A stretch of 64,000 bases of DNA from Candidatus Bathyarchaeota archaeon (GCA_963706285.1 CAVPLU010000008.1:1-64000), one strand, 5' to 3'. Counted from the first letter of the stretch, positions 30,543 to 41,133 are shown. The notes: generated by a model not told the origin, from the letters alone. Program-made: numbers and translations.

Positions 30543-31487
30543 ATGACCAACAACGTGATCCAGACCTCTGGCCTTACGAAGAGCTTTGGTGGTCTGGTCG
30601 CAATCGATCACATGGATCTATCGGTCAAGACTGGTGAGATATTCGGGTTTCTCGGCCCAAACGGAGCAGGTAAGACCACAACGGTGAGGATTCTGTGCGG
30701 TCTCATGATGCCGACATCAGGGAGGGCACTGGTCGTTGGTCATGATGTCGTCAAGGAGCCTGAGGAAGTCAAGCAGCGAATCGGGTACATGCCTCAAGCA
30801 TACGGGCTCTATGATGATCTAACCGTTGACGAGAACTTGGAGTTCTTTGGAAGCGTGTACCGCGTCCCTGAAGACGAAAGACGGAGACGCGCAGTCGAGA
30901 TCCTCCAACTAGTGCGATTGGAAGGGTTTCGCAAGCAATTCGCCGGGAAGCTCTCTGGAGGTATGAAGCGCAGATTGTCTCTTGCTGTCTCCTTGATCCA
31001 CAACCCGGAACTACTCATATTGGACGAGCCCACCGCGGGAATCGACCCGCCTCTTCGAAGAGCATTCTGGCAGTATTTCAGACAACTCAACAAGCTTGGT
31101 GTGACATTCTTCATCAACACGCACTACATGGACGAAGCGGAACTCTGCGACAGACTCGCTCTAATCAGCTACGGGCACCTCGTGTCGATCGGTACACCGA
31201 CGGAACTGAAGAGGAAGGCGGTAGGTGGTGAACGGATTGAGCTTGTCACTGCGGACCTGGCAAGGACCGAAACGATGCTGAAGGATTCGGACTTTGTTCG
31301 AGAGATTATCGTCGCGAATGGTGCCGTGCAGGTTGTCGTCAATGAAGCAGCTTCGGCCATACCTAGACTCACAACCTTGCTTGGGGAACATGGAATCGAA
31401 GTTCTACAAGTAAGACAGTTGCAGCCCAGCCTGGAGGACGTATTCATCAAGCTTGTCGAAGACGCAGGTGAGAGAGAACGGCATTAG
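30543..31487 (+). CDS. ABC-2 exporter ATP-binding protein
   Basis: GPNGAGKTT, LSGGM, LDEPT, THYMDEAE, SLEDVF. Confidence 0.95.
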   Translation: MTNNVIQTSGLTKSFGGLVAIDHMDLSVKTGEIFGFLGPNGAGKTTTVRILCGLMMPTSGRALVVGHDVVKEPEEVKQRIGYMPQAYGLYDDLTVDENLEFFGSVYRVPEDERRRRAVEILQLVRLEGFRKQFAGKLSGGMKRRLSLAVSLIHNPELLILDEPTAGIDPPLRRAFWQYFRQLNKLGVTFFINTHYMDEAELCDRLALISYGHLVSIGTPTELKRKAVGGERIELVTADLARTETMLKDSDFVREIIVANGAVQVVVNEAASAIPRLTTLLGEHGIEVLQVRQLQPSLEDVFIKLVEDAGERERH

Positions 31488-31501
31488 ACAGAATTCTCCT
31501 G

Positions 31502-32560
31502 ATGGCGAAGAAGGAAGTAACGCACCTCATCAGGAACCGTCGCGTCTTTGCCCTTACACTGTTCATGCCACTTCTATTGATGACCATAGTTGGACTTGCC
31601 TTTACAGGCGAGGTCAAACACATCACGACAGTGATTGTCAACAAGGACGGCGGACCAGCAAGTCAGACGTTCATTGATGCGCTGAAGGTGAGCGAGACAC
31701 TCCGCGTAAGATACTACGCAGAAGACGAGCCTCAAGCAGAAGCGCTCGTTCGAGAAGGCTTAGCGAAGGTAGTGATCGTCATTCCATCAACCTTCGAGGA
31801 TGATATGAAATCATTCAACGGAATCGTGTACGTAATGGTGGACGGGTCCGATCCCGTCTCAGCAGGCGCAGTAGCTCCAGTAGTCCAGGGGATAGCACTT
31901 GGTTTCACGCCGAAGCTGCGCGTGCAAGTCGAACTGTTGGTGTTGTACAATCCGTCGCTCAGATACATAGACTTCATAGCGCCCGCGATCGTTGGAATCT
32001 TCCTCCAGATATTTCCAATGATCCTGATTTCCATGGCGATCGCTGGAGAACGGGAAAGAGGGACAATAGAACAACTGATCGCGACCCCTGTCAGTGGATT
32101 CGAGATACTGATCGGCAAGCTCATGGTCTACATGGGATTCGGATTTCTCAGCGCAACAACCATGCTCGTTGTCGCTGTCTACGCCTTCAATCTCGTAGTT
32201 CGAGGTAGCGTTCTACTGATTGCGCTATTCTTAGCCGTCTTTCTGACAGCGTCCTTGAGCTTGGGTACGCTTGTTTCTGCGGCCTCAAGAACTCAAATGC
32301 AGGCCGTACAAACCATAATGCCGGTGATCTACATCATGATATTCCTGTCGGGAACATTCTACCCCATAGAAGCCATGTCACCGCTAGTACAGCCGATATC
32401 CTACGTGCTTCCGCTCACGTATATGATTCACGCGCTCAGATCTATCATAGTAAAAGGGGCTGGCCTAGGGGTCGTGGCAGGAGACTTCATCTTTCTTTCA
32501 GTGTACACAATCATTATGCTCGTACTCGCCGTCGTTGTGTTCCACAAGAAGCTCGAGTAG
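31502..32560 (+). CDS. ABC-2 exporter permease
   Basis: ERERGTIEQL, LSGTFYPIE.M, PLTY; multiple TM helices. Confidence 0.93.
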   Translation: MAKKEVTHLIRNRRVFALTLFMPLLLMTIVGLAFTGEVKHITTVIVNKDGGPASQTFIDALKVSETLRVRYYAEDEPQAEALVREGLAKVVIVIPSTFEDDMKSFNGIVYVMVDGSDPVSAGAVAPVVQGIALGFTPKLRVQVELLVLYNPSLRYIDFIAPAIVGIFLQIFPMILISMAIAGERERGTIEQLIATPVSGFEILIGKLMVYMGFGFLSATTMLVVAVYAFNLVVRGSVLLIALFLAVFLTASLSLGTLVSAASRTQMQAVQTIMPVIYIMIFLSGTFYPIEAMSPLVQPISYVLPLTYMIHALRSIIVKGAGLGVVAGDFIFLSVYTIIMLVLAVVVFHKKLE

Positions 32561-32570
32561 GTGGGGAGAC

Positions 32571-33980
32571 ATGGCCGCTAGGGAAGATCCTCCTAAGCTC
32601 TTCGGAACATCCGGCATACGCGGAAACATTCAGAACAGAGTGACAGAGAAGTTTGCACTCGATCTGGCGCGAGCAATGAGTACCATGCTCGCGAATGAAG
32701 GGCAAGTCGTCGTAGGATCAGACTTCAGGACCACTTCAGCCGAGCTTAGGGTAACCGTGCTCGGCGGCCTGTTGGGCGGAGGCATAGACGTGTTTGAAGC
32801 GGGACCACTGCCAACGCCAGTCATGGCTTTTGGTGTCCAGACCTTAGGAGCCAACGCCGGCATGATGGTAACCGCATCCCATAATCCGCCGGAAGACAAT
32901 GGAGTGAAATGTTACTCGCATGAGGGAAGAGAGTACGTTCCCGAGGAAGAGCAAATACTCGAACATCTCATCTCTAAACGAGCGTTTACGGACGTTCCTT
33001 GGGATCAAATGGGAACGCCGATAGTAACACCCGATCTCATTGAGATGTATTCCCAGCGCGTCTTAGATCGATTGGGATCGTTACGAAGAAAGCTGAAAGT
33101 TGTGGTTGACTGTGCAAACGGTACAACTTACAACCTTACTCCTCTGATCCTATCGAAGTTGGGCTGCGAAGTTGTTTCGTTGAATGCTCATCCTGACGGT
33201 CGTTTTCCCGGAAGGCCAGCCGAGCCAACCCCTGAACATCTTGCAAGAACATGCCACATCGTGAAGAACCTGAAAGCTGACTTGGGAATAGCTCACGATG
33301 GCGACGGTGACCGTCTAGCAGTGATCGACGAGAAAGGCAAGTACGTCAACAATGACACTGTGCTCGCCTTCTTTGCTCGCCTATTGCTTGCAGAAAAGGG
33401 GCCGGGTAGAATCATCACGAGCGTGGACACGTCTTCACGCATCTACAGAGTCGCTCGCTCATCGGGAGGAACCGTCGAGCGCACGAGGCTAGGAAAAACG
33501 CATGCGCTGCTCGATGAGGAGAATCGGGCAGGCATCAGGCTGTGCTGTGAACCGTGGAAGATTATTGATCCCGCTTGGGGATTTTGGGGAGATGCAATCT
33601 ACGCTGCATGCAGACTCGTCCAAGCTCTGGATGAGAGCAAGGGGGCTGTCAGTCGCCTCTTTCGCGGAATACCCGAGAATCCTCAGGAGAGATTCTTTTT
33701 CCGATGTCCAGACGAGTTGAAGGATATTGTCATGACTAAGGTCACGGAGGCATTGACAGCATGGAAAGGAGTCGGCGAGGTCTGGACTTTTGATGGCGTG
33801 AGAGCCAACTTCAGCGACGACAGCTGGGTACTTGTCAGAAAGTCCGGGACAGAGGGCAAGATCAGAATCTATTGCGAAGGTCCATCGCTTAAGCGATTGA
33901 AGCAGCTTATCCAGGAGTCTTCACGAATTGTCAGAAATGCGATCAGAAGTGCTCAGAGATCACGCGTGAATCCCACCTAG
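32571..33980 (+). CDS. Alpha-D-phosphohexomutase superfamily, probable archaeal phosphopentomutase (TK1777 type)
   Basis: FGTSGIRG, TASHNP, DGDGDR, SGTE. The sugar loop reads xxEPWK instead of GE(E/S)x, as I recall for the Thermococcus phosphopentomutase. Confidence 0.75.
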   Translation: MAAREDPPKLFGTSGIRGNIQNRVTEKFALDLARAMSTMLANEGQVVVGSDFRTTSAELRVTVLGGLLGGGIDVFEAGPLPTPVMAFGVQTLGANAGMMVTASHNPPEDNGVKCYSHEGREYVPEEEQILEHLISKRAFTDVPWDQMGTPIVTPDLIEMYSQRVLDRLGSLRRKLKVVVDCANGTTYNLTPLILSKLGCEVVSLNAHPDGRFPGRPAEPTPEHLARTCHIVKNLKADLGIAHDGDGDRLAVIDEKGKYVNNDTVLAFFARLLLAEKGPGRIITSVDTSSRIYRVARSSGGTVERTRLGKTHALLDEENRAGIRLCCEPWKIIDPAWGFWGDAIYAACRLVQALDESKGAVSRLFRGIPENPQERFFFRCPDELKDIVMTKVTEALTAWKGVGEVWTFDGVRANFSDDSWVLVRKSGTEGKIRIYCEGPSLKRLKQLIQESSRIVRNAIRSAQRSRVNPT

Positions 33981-34079
33981 AGCGGACGAGTATCGATGGA
34001 AGGCTTTCATAGAAGTAGGGAAAAGTCTGTAGTGAGATCTATACTAAGATACGAATGAATTGGCAGGAGCGCTACTCGC

Positions 34080-35363
34080 ATGCTTGAGATGAAGTTCATC
34101 CGGGAACACGCGGATATCGTGAAGGCAGATCTGAATAGACGCGGGGCCGTCGACAAGCTAGCTTGGGTTGACGAACTACTACAACAAGACCAGAGGTGGA
34201 GATCGCTGCAGGCTCAAGCGAACGCTTTGAGGCAGCAGCGGAACAAGCTCACCGAACAGATCGCCAAGCTACGGAAAGAAGGCGGTGACGCGGCGCCGGT
34301 TATGCGTGAAGCCGAAGCTATCCCTGACCAAATCCGAGAATTGGAGCAGGAAACAGGGAACATTCGCGAAAGGATCAGCCAAATTCTGATGCAGCTCCCA
34401 AACATCATGCACGAGAGTGTTCCCACAGGAAAAGATGACCATGACAATGTCGAGGTTAGAAAATGGGGCACGCCGCCTCGTTTCTCCTTCAAGCCTCTTG
34501 ATCACATCGATCTCGCCTTCAAGCTCGATCTAATCGACCTAGAAAGGGCCGCGAAAGTCGCCGGTGCGAGGTTCTACTATCTTAAGAAGGATCTAGTGAA
34601 GCTGAACTATGCTCTGATCAGTTATGCTCTCGATTTCTTAGCACGAAAAGGTTACACACTCATACAGCCGCCCTACCTTCTGAGAAGAGAAGTCCTTTCA
34701 GGTGCTGTTGCGCTCTCAGACTTTGAGGAAACGATCTACAAGATCGAGGGCGAAGACCTCTATCTGCTCGCCACATCTGAACATGCACTGAACGCACTAC
34801 ACTTTGGAGAAATTATCGATGGAAAGACCTTGCCGGTGAAGTATGGAGGAGTGAGTCCATGCTTCAGAAAAGAGGCAGGAGCCCACGGGCGAGACACGAA
34901 AGGGATCTTCCGAGTCCATCAATTCGAGAAAGTGGAGCAGTTCGTCTTCTGCAAACCTGAAGACTCATGGAATGAACATGAGCAACTCATCTCAAATGCC
35001 GAAGAACTCTTCCAAGCCCTGAATCTGCCGTACAGAATAGTCAATGTCTGCAGCGGAGATCTCGGAACAGTCGCCGCCAAGAAGTACGATCTTGAGGTCT
35101 GGCTGCCAGGGCAGGATAGCTACCGAGAAGCAGTATCCTGCAGCAACTGCACATCATATCAAGCGGTGAGATCAAATGTCCGTTACAGGGACAAGACAAG
35201 CGATCCGACCGAGTACGTGCACACGCTCAACAGCACCTTCGTGGCCACCGAACGAACTCTGATAGCGATTATGGAGAACTTTCAACAAAGCGACGGCTCG
35301 ATAGTGATCCCTGACGTTCTTAGACCCTACATGAACGGGCAGGACGCCATTAGAGTGAAGTGA
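34080..35363 (+). CDS. serS: Seryl-tRNA synthetase
   Basis: N-terminal coiled coil, ATSE, FRKEAG, GIFRVHQFEKVE, KKYDLE, SCSNC, HTLNS. Confidence 0.98.
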   Translation: MLEMKFIREHADIVKADLNRRGAVDKLAWVDELLQQDQRWRSLQAQANALRQQRNKLTEQIAKLRKEGGDAAPVMREAEAIPDQIRELEQETGNIRERISQILMQLPNIMHESVPTGKDDHDNVEVRKWGTPPRFSFKPLDHIDLAFKLDLIDLERAAKVAGARFYYLKKDLVKLNYALISYALDFLARKGYTLIQPPYLLRREVLSGAVALSDFEETIYKIEGEDLYLLATSEHALNALHFGEIIDGKTLPVKYGGVSPCFRKEAGAHGRDTKGIFRVHQFEKVEQFVFCKPEDSWNEHEQLISNAEELFQALNLPYRIVNVCSGDLGTVAAKKYDLEVWLPGQDSYREAVSCSNCTSYQAVRSNVRYRDKTSDPTEYVHTLNSTFVATERTLIAIMENFQQSDGSIVIPDVLRPYMNGQDAIRVK

Positions 35364-35405
35364 ATTCTCAGCTCGTTCCGAACGCGAGACTGTATCCATG
35401 TGAGG

Positions 35406-38063
35406 TTAGCTGCATGCGCCCCAGCCGCACTCGGGGCAGATGTAGCATCCTTCTTGGAAGACAACGAATCCGTAGCATTGTGGGCAGTAACTGGGTTTCT
35501 CGCCGTTCTGTCCCTTTCCCATAAAGTAGTTCGCTGAATCCGGGCTGGCTATGGGAGCACCAATCGCCATGACCTGCAGGCGCTGCCTCGTCCCTGTTGC
35601 GAAAGTCCGTGTTCCGCTCGGTGGCTTGCTTGTATGAGTCGGGTTTTCACTGGTTTGCGTCTTTCCAGGCGTGACGAGCACTTGGCCTTTGATTGAGGTG
35701 TCTCTGAACACCGTTACGTCCTTGCATCCGAGCTTGTAGGCAAGTAGGTAGCTTTCACGCATATCGTCTACGGTAGCGTCGGCTGGGAAGTTGTTCGTTT
35801 TCGATATTGAGGAGTCTACCCATTTCTGGAATCCAGCTAGGGCTCGTATGTGGTCTTCGGGGTTGACGTCCATGGCTGTAACAAAGGCGCGTTTGATGTT
35901 GCTTGGAATGTAGTTGATGGATTGGACTGTGCCGCCTGCTCCGCTGATGTCTCTGATCAGTTCTTCATCGTAGAGTCCTTGTGATGTCATTACTTTCTCG
36001 AAGACGGGGTCAACGTAGTAGAAGCTTCCAACCTTCACGTTCTTTTCGTATACAAGGCTGTATACAGGTTCGATTCCGCTGCTGCATCCTGCAATCATGG
36101 AGATGCTTCCAGTTGGAGCGATCACAGTCGTGTAGCTGTTCCTCAAGCCTGATTTCTTGATCTCTTGCATCACTTTGTCCCAAGGCAGTTTCCATTGGTC
36201 CTTTTGCTCGGATCCTTTGAATGGGAGCCTTCCCTCGGGATAGAAGGTTCTATCGTAGTATGGGAACGGTCCTCTTTCTTTCGCAAGTTGTATTGATGCG
36301 AGTTTGGAATGGTAGTTGATGAATTCCATCAGTTGCTCCATGAACTCGCGAGCGTCTTCACTATTGTATGGCTTCTTCAATTCGTAGAGGAGGTCGGCAA
36401 GGCCCATTACGCCGAGGCCTATCTTCCTTGTGTTCAAGGTCATCTCCTCGATATCCTTCAGAGGGAACCTATTCACGTCAATGACATTGTCAAGGAAGCG
36501 AGTTGCCAACTCAACCGTTTGCCTCAGGGCATCCCAATCAAGTAGAACCTGTCCATCGGATTGTTCCTTGACGAAGGACCAGACGTTGATGCTGCCAAGA
36601 TTGCACGACTCGTTGGGGTAGAGAAGGACTTCCCCACATGGGTTAGTCGTGACTATGGGCCCAAGTGATTTCAGGAAAGGATTGTACTTGTTCACGTGGT
36701 CATAGAATATTACCCCTGGCTCCGCGCTCTCCCAGGCTTGGAAGACTATCATGTCGAAGAGTCGCCTTGCGTTCGTCGTTCGCACGACCTCCTTTGTTCG
36801 AGGGTTCACTAGAGGGTAGGGTTTGTCTTTCTCATAGTACTCCCAGAAGTCTGGCATGATGAGAACGGAGATGTTGAAATTTCTTAACGCGCGGTTTCCT
36901 TTCTTTGCAGTGATGAACTTCTCGATATCAGGATGATTGCTATTCAGTATGCCCATGTTGGCGCCGCGTCGTATTCCACCCTGCTTGATGACCTCCGTCA
37001 TCGTATCGAAGAGAGTCATGAAGCTTATCGGGCCTGAGGCAATCCCTGAAGTAGAGCTGACATAGTCGCCCTCAGGTCTCAATTTCGAGAAGTTGTACCC
37101 CATTCCTCCTCCTGCTTTGAAAACTATGGCTGTTTTCTTGAGAGCATCCATGATGCTCTCAATGGAGTCATCGACGTCAAGCACAAAACAGGCGGATCCC
37201 ATTCCTAGTACGTTGCCAAAGTTTGCAACTGCTGGTGTGTTCGGTATGAATCGTTTGGAAACCATCAGATCGTAGAACGCTTTCACTTCGCTCTCATGGC
37301 TGCTAAGCTTCCCTTCACGCAGGAACGCGAGGAAATTGTCCCATGAAAGCTTCGCACGCCCTTCACTATTGAAGCGATCATACATTCTTTTCAGCGCTTC
37401 GAGGTGGAACCTGTTGAGCGTGTACTTACCAATCGAGAATTTGCTCTCGTTTGCCACAGTGTCGAAATTCTCGACAGGATGCTCGGGGGTCTTCCCAGAT
37501 CTGTCGAAGACTGCTTCATCATAGAGCAGGCTCGGAAGGCATGCATGGACTGCAACTCTCTCAAACAGTTGTTTCGGAGTTTCAATGAGTTTGCCATCGG
37601 AATCCTTCCTGAGATATCGCGCCTTTAGCACTCGGAGAGCGTTCAGGTCGAAGCGTTTGTCGACCTCATCGATCTCCTCTTTCTCGAGTATGCGCTGTTT
37701 CTCTCTTCTTACCTCTGCTCTCTTCTGTCGGTAGATGATGTATGACTTCGCTGTCTTGGCTTGACCGTTGTCAAGCAAGATCTTCTCAACAGTATCTTGG
37801 ACTTCCTCTACAGTCGGAACAGTGCGTCCGTCGTACTTTTCTTCGAGGATCTTGACGACTTGGTCGGACAGGCGTTGAGCTAGGGTCTGGTCCTTTCCAA
37901 CAGTTTGAGAGATAGCCCTGGCCAAGGCGCATGTGATCTTGTCCTGGTCGAAGGTTACGAGTCGTCCGTCACGTTTTCGAATCTGTTTTATCGTGCTCAA
38001 TGGGTGACCGTCCGTGGTTCCTGCTGGGTGGGTGCTGTCCTCTACCAAGGTCTCTTGCTCCAA
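35406..38063 (-). CDS. nrdJ: Class II (adenosylcobalamin) ribonucleotide reductase with ATP cone
   Basis: KRDG ATP cone, PNTP, SACFV, QGGIRRGANMG, TNPCGE, CNLGS, IAPTG, SISKT, C-terminal Zn ribbon; no intein seen. Confidence 0.96.
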   Translation of the reverse strand: MEQETLVEDSTHPAGTTDGHPLSTIKQIRKRDGRLVTFDQDKITCALARAISQTVGKDQTLAQRLSDQVVKILEEKYDGRTVPTVEEVQDTVEKILLDNGQAKTAKSYIIYRQKRAEVRREKQRILEKEEIDEVDKRFDLNALRVLKARYLRKDSDGKLIETPKQLFERVAVHACLPSLLYDEAVFDRSGKTPEHPVENFDTVANESKFSIGKYTLNRFHLEALKRMYDRFNSEGRAKLSWDNFLAFLREGKLSSHESEVKAFYDLMVSKRFIPNTPAVANFGNVLGMGSACFVLDVDDSIESIMDALKKTAIVFKAGGGMGYNFSKLRPEGDYVSSTSGIASGPISFMTLFDTMTEVIKQGGIRRGANMGILNSNHPDIEKFITAKKGNRALRNFNISVLIMPDFWEYYEKDKPYPLVNPRTKEVVRTTNARRLFDMIVFQAWESAEPGVIFYDHVNKYNPFLKSLGPIVTTNPCGEVLLYPNESCNLGSINVWSFVKEQSDGQVLLDWDALRQTVELATRFLDNVIDVNRFPLKDIEEMTLNTRKIGLGVMGLADLLYELKKPYNSEDAREFMEQLMEFINYHSKLASIQLAKERGPFPYYDRTFYPEGRLPFKGSEQKDQWKLPWDKVMQEIKKSGLRNSYTTVIAPTGSISMIAGCSSGIEPVYSLVYEKNVKVGSFYYVDPVFEKVMTSQGLYDEELIRDISGAGGTVQSINYIPSNIKRAFVTAMDVNPEDHIRALAGFQKWVDSSISKTNNFPADATVDDMRESYLLAYKLGCKDVTVFRDTSIKGQVLVTPGKTQTSENPTHTSKPPSGTRTFATGTRQRLQVMAIGAPIASPDSANYFMGKGQNGEKPSYCPQCYGFVVFQEGCYICPECGWGACS

Positions 38064-38444
38064 AAGTGTGAAGCAAGTGTACCGGCGCTTCGTACGACTT
38101 TAATAGTTTTCGACAAATGTGTATATAATCCTGTACTAGAGGTTGGCAGATCATATTTACCCACGTCAACGGGCGCACCACTCAGTCCAATGCAGCGTCG
38201 GCCGACAACGTTGGCTTCCATCATAGTCTTCTGAAAAGTCTTTTATGACAGATGCGACGGCCCCCGGCGAGCATCTTAACGAAGACATATTTGCTGAAAT
38301 GCTCTATACGGCGACCTGATTCTATTCTCGTATTTTTCCCAACAGAGATCGAAGAAAAGGACTCGCAATGTGTGTCTGTGCGCAGTCCACCTTGCTTCGT
38401 TGAGGCAACCTCAATCGAGTCACGTCTGCCAGCGAGAAAGAGCT

Positions 38445-38855
38445 TCAGTCCGGAAATGTCTTCACAGTTTCTGGGAGGAGTTGTCTTCCATCAAAATAGA
38501 ATGATTCAATCATTTTTCTCGGGATCGAGTAGATGACGTATGAGAGGCCCGGGTAGTTTGCTCGTGCTTTGTCAACGTCTGATGCGTTGGGCGAAGAGAA
38601 TGGATGACTGTGATAGAAACCTATGACTTCAAGTCCATTGCGTTCTGAGTAGGAGAAGGCGCGAAAGAGCGTATCGGGGTCAATCTCATATGAAGATTCA
38701 GAGGAAAGCTGATTCTTGGCGGGCCAGACCTCTGTGACAGTGCGTACATCGCCATCGATTGTTCCAATTAGTACTCCGCAGGCTTCGATCGGAGAGGATT
38801 CATTGGAATGAGAAGAAATCCGTGCGGTGTGCTCTGCTGAGATCTTGAGAGTCAA
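38445..38855 (-). CDS. JAMM/MPN+ metalloprotease (desampylase-like)
   Basis: EACG, GFYHSHP...S..D. Confidence 0.9.
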   Translation of the reverse strand: MTLKISAEHTARISSHSNESSPIEACGVLIGTIDGDVRTVTEVWPAKNQLSSESSYEIDPDTLFRAFSYSERNGLEVIGFYHSHPFSSPNASDVDKARANYPGLSYVIYSIPRKMIESFYFDGRQLLPETVKTFPD

Positions 38856-39151
38856 TCGATAAGATACCCATGTGCATGGATAGGTTCTAACTAGGAGAGT
38901 GCTCTGGGTGTCCTTTCTAGAGTTCGCCCTTTAGGAAGGCGTCGATGGTTGCTTTCCTGCATTTTGGGCAGATTCGCAGGTGATATCGTTCATTAGGTAA
39001 GGGTTGGTGGCACCACTCACACTTTCTGATTTGATTCTGCCTGAGTTCCTGGAATTCTTCTATCAGGAGCCTGGTCGTGCTGTCGTTCATCAATCTGGTT
39101 TTCCTCTTTTCTTTTGTTGCGGGGGTTTCGCGTTGTCTAATGCTACTGTGT

Positions 39152-39218
39152 TAAGCATCTTAAGACATTTAACAAGATTTATAAGCAACATATGTAAGCA
39201 ATGTAAGCAAGTAAGCAA
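39152..39218 (+). repeat. AT-rich array of TAAGCA(A) direct repeats upstream of the RHH gene
   Basis: TAAGCA at 39152, 39182, 39195, 39204 and 39212; degenerate copies at 39161 and 39170. Confidence 0.8.
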
Positions 39219-39251
39219 GTTATACAGAATTACTGTTGTGGGTTGTTTTGC

Positions 39252-39662
39252 TTGGCTAACAATGCTGTCCTGATACGCGGGTTGGACAGGAACCTCTACA
39301 ACAAAATCGTAGCACGCTCTAAGGAGCAGGGCAAGAACGTCGCCGAAATAGTCAACGATGCGATGCGGGCCTACATGGACGAAGGAGCTGCCCTACCCCC
39401 GAGCGTCTTCGACACGAAGAAGCTTGTCTTCACAGGCTCCGTGAGCCTCTCAAAGTCAGACATCCTCGGCCTTCACGATGAGCTAGGGCAATTTCAACTG
39501 GAAAACAGTGGCACCCTGACCCTTGACAGGGACATTGACAAAGAAGCCTTTCACCGAATCGAAAGAATACACAATACTGGAAAACTCCGAGTACCTTCGA
39601 ACGTGCATCACTTAGCCCTGCTTAAGGTAGGTCAGGTGCACGGTGAAGTCGAGAAGTACTGA
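39252..39662 (+). CDS. Ribbon-helix-helix protein with uncharacterised C-terminal domain
   Basis: VLIRGLDRNLYNKIVARSKEQGKNVAEIVNDAMRAY fits the Arc/CopG RHH pattern. Confidence 0.75.
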   Translation: MANNAVLIRGLDRNLYNKIVARSKEQGKNVAEIVNDAMRAYMDEGAALPPSVFDTKKLVFTGSVSLSKSDILGLHDELGQFQLENSGTLTLDRDIDKEAFHRIERIHNTGKLRVPSNVHHLALLKVGQVHGEVEKY

Positions 39663-39807
39663 CTTCATCTACACATGCCCGTTTTTCACCAATCGCCGTT
39701 TGACAATTCTTACCTCAAATTTCACCTGAGTACCATTGCTTTTGGCCGGAAGCCTGCCGGAGTTTATTCTTTCGTTGCCTCGGTTACGTCCAGACTTGGG
39801 TCAACTG

Positions 39808-40419
39808 TTACCGCTTAGAGACGTATGGGTTGTCTTTGACGAAGAAACGCCATGGTTTCTCGCTACCTGATCTAATTCCTATTCTGGTCCCAATCGTAAT
39901 GTTGAGCGGTATCTGATGGGAAGTTTTAGTGATGTACAATTTCTTTCTTGATGTGAGGTCATGACCGTTCAGGGTTTTGGTGACAGCAAACGCTTGTGTG
40001 AGCTTCGCCGGTCCATTGCATAGATCCTTCACATGCTCAGTCCCGCGTCGTCTTTTCATTTCCACCAGACCTTTGACAGGTTGGACTGCGCGGATTAGCA
40101 CTGCTCCTGCTTGCCCTGCGGTTTCCGTCGTTACGTTGAGGCAATAGTGCATTCCGTAGGTGAAGTAGACGTAAGCGTGTCCAGGCTCGCCGAACATGAC
40201 TTCGTTCCTTCGGGTAGGGCCTCTGTAGGCGTGGCTGGCAGGGTCGTCGGCCCCTCGATATGCTTCGGTCTCGACGATTATTCCTTCCAGGACCGTGGAT
40301 CCGAGTTTTCTAACGAGGGTTTTTCCGAGGAGTTCCTCTGCAACTTTGACCGTGTTTCTTTCATAGAAGCCTCTTGTGAGTGACGCTCCAGAGTTGTTGG
40401 CATGGTGAGGCTTTCGCAT
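39808..40419 (-). CDS. mpg: 3-methyladenine DNA glycosylase (AAG/MPG family)
   Basis: IVETEAY, DPASH, YVYFTYGMHYC, AVLIRA, NGPAKL, RIGI, PWRF. Confidence 0.95.
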   Translation of the reverse strand: MRKPHHANNSGASLTRGFYERNTVKVAEELLGKTLVRKLGSTVLEGIIVETEAYRGADDPASHAYRGPTRRNEVMFGEPGHAYVYFTYGMHYCLNVTTETAGQAGAVLIRAVQPVKGLVEMKRRRGTEHVKDLCNGPAKLTQAFAVTKTLNGHDLTSRKKLYITKTSHQIPLNITIGTRIGIRSGSEKPWRFFVKDNPYVSKR

Positions 40420-40449
40420 TTTTTGCTCCAGCTTGGCAATGGTAGGTGG

Positions 40450-41133
40450 TCAGTCACGATGTCTCAACGACATTATGTATTTCAAGGCAAAGTACAGGCT
40501 CCTTATTCTCAGTAGGAAGGTGAATTTTGTCTTACCCTCTGTTCTTTTTCGAATGCTCACAGGGACCTCTTTGAGTTTCAGCCCAAGCAGTCTTGCTTTG
40601 TAGATAATCTCCAATTCGATTTCGAATCCCGTAGACTTCAGACGAGGAAGTATTCGGCGGATCGCAGCCTTGCTGAATGCTCGGTACCCGGTTTGAACAT
40701 CCGTGAAGTCACCGCCATACCTTGCTGATAGCAGCCAGGAGACGAGACGGTTTGATGCGAATGTTACAAGGCCCATGGATTTCAGAGCCTTCATGTTCAT
40801 TGTTCTGGATCCAATCACAATGTCGGCCTCAGATGCCTGTATTGGGATGACTAGGCTTGGGATATCGTCGGGATCATGCTGCCCGTCCGCATCTAGCGTG
40901 ACGACGATGTCACTCCCTCTCTTCCTTGCTAGGTCAAAGCAGTGCCTCAAAGCGGCTCCTTTTCCAAGATTCTGAGAGTGATGAATCACGAGGGCTCCAT
41001 GGCTTTCTGCTATGAGACCGGTATTGTCCTCGCTGCCATCATCGATCACGACCAATTCACTAACGTGAGGAATAACGTTGACCAGAACGTCTGCGATCGT
41101 GTTCTCTTCGTTATAGGCAGCGACGCAAGCCAT
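40450..41133 (-). CDS. GT2 glycosyltransferase (DPM synthase-like)
   Basis: AYNEE, DDGSEDNT, NLGKG, DADGQH, GSR, DVQTGYRA. The N-terminus probably extends to about 41167 across an A-run indel. Confidence 0.9.
   Translation of the reverse strand: MACVAAYNEENTIADVLVNVIPHVSELVVIDDGSEDNTGLIAESHGALVIHHSQNLGKGAALRHCFDLARKRGSDIVVTLDADGQHDPDDIPSLVIPIQASEADIVIGSRTMNMKALKSMGLVTFASNRLVSWLLSARYGGDFTDVQTGYRAFSKAAIRRILPRLKSTGFEIELEIIYKARLLGLKLKEVPVSIRKRTEGKTKFTFLLRIRSLYFALKYIMSLRHRD

Noticed and set aside
38064-38440. Cobalamin riboswitch upstream of nrdJ
   Set aside because: No B12-box or other conserved elements recognised; a TATA box sits close to the start.
38860-39240. Replication origin at the AT-rich intergenic patch
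   Set aside because: No ORB elements with G-strings and no adjacent cdc6/orc1; better explained as an RHH-binding array.
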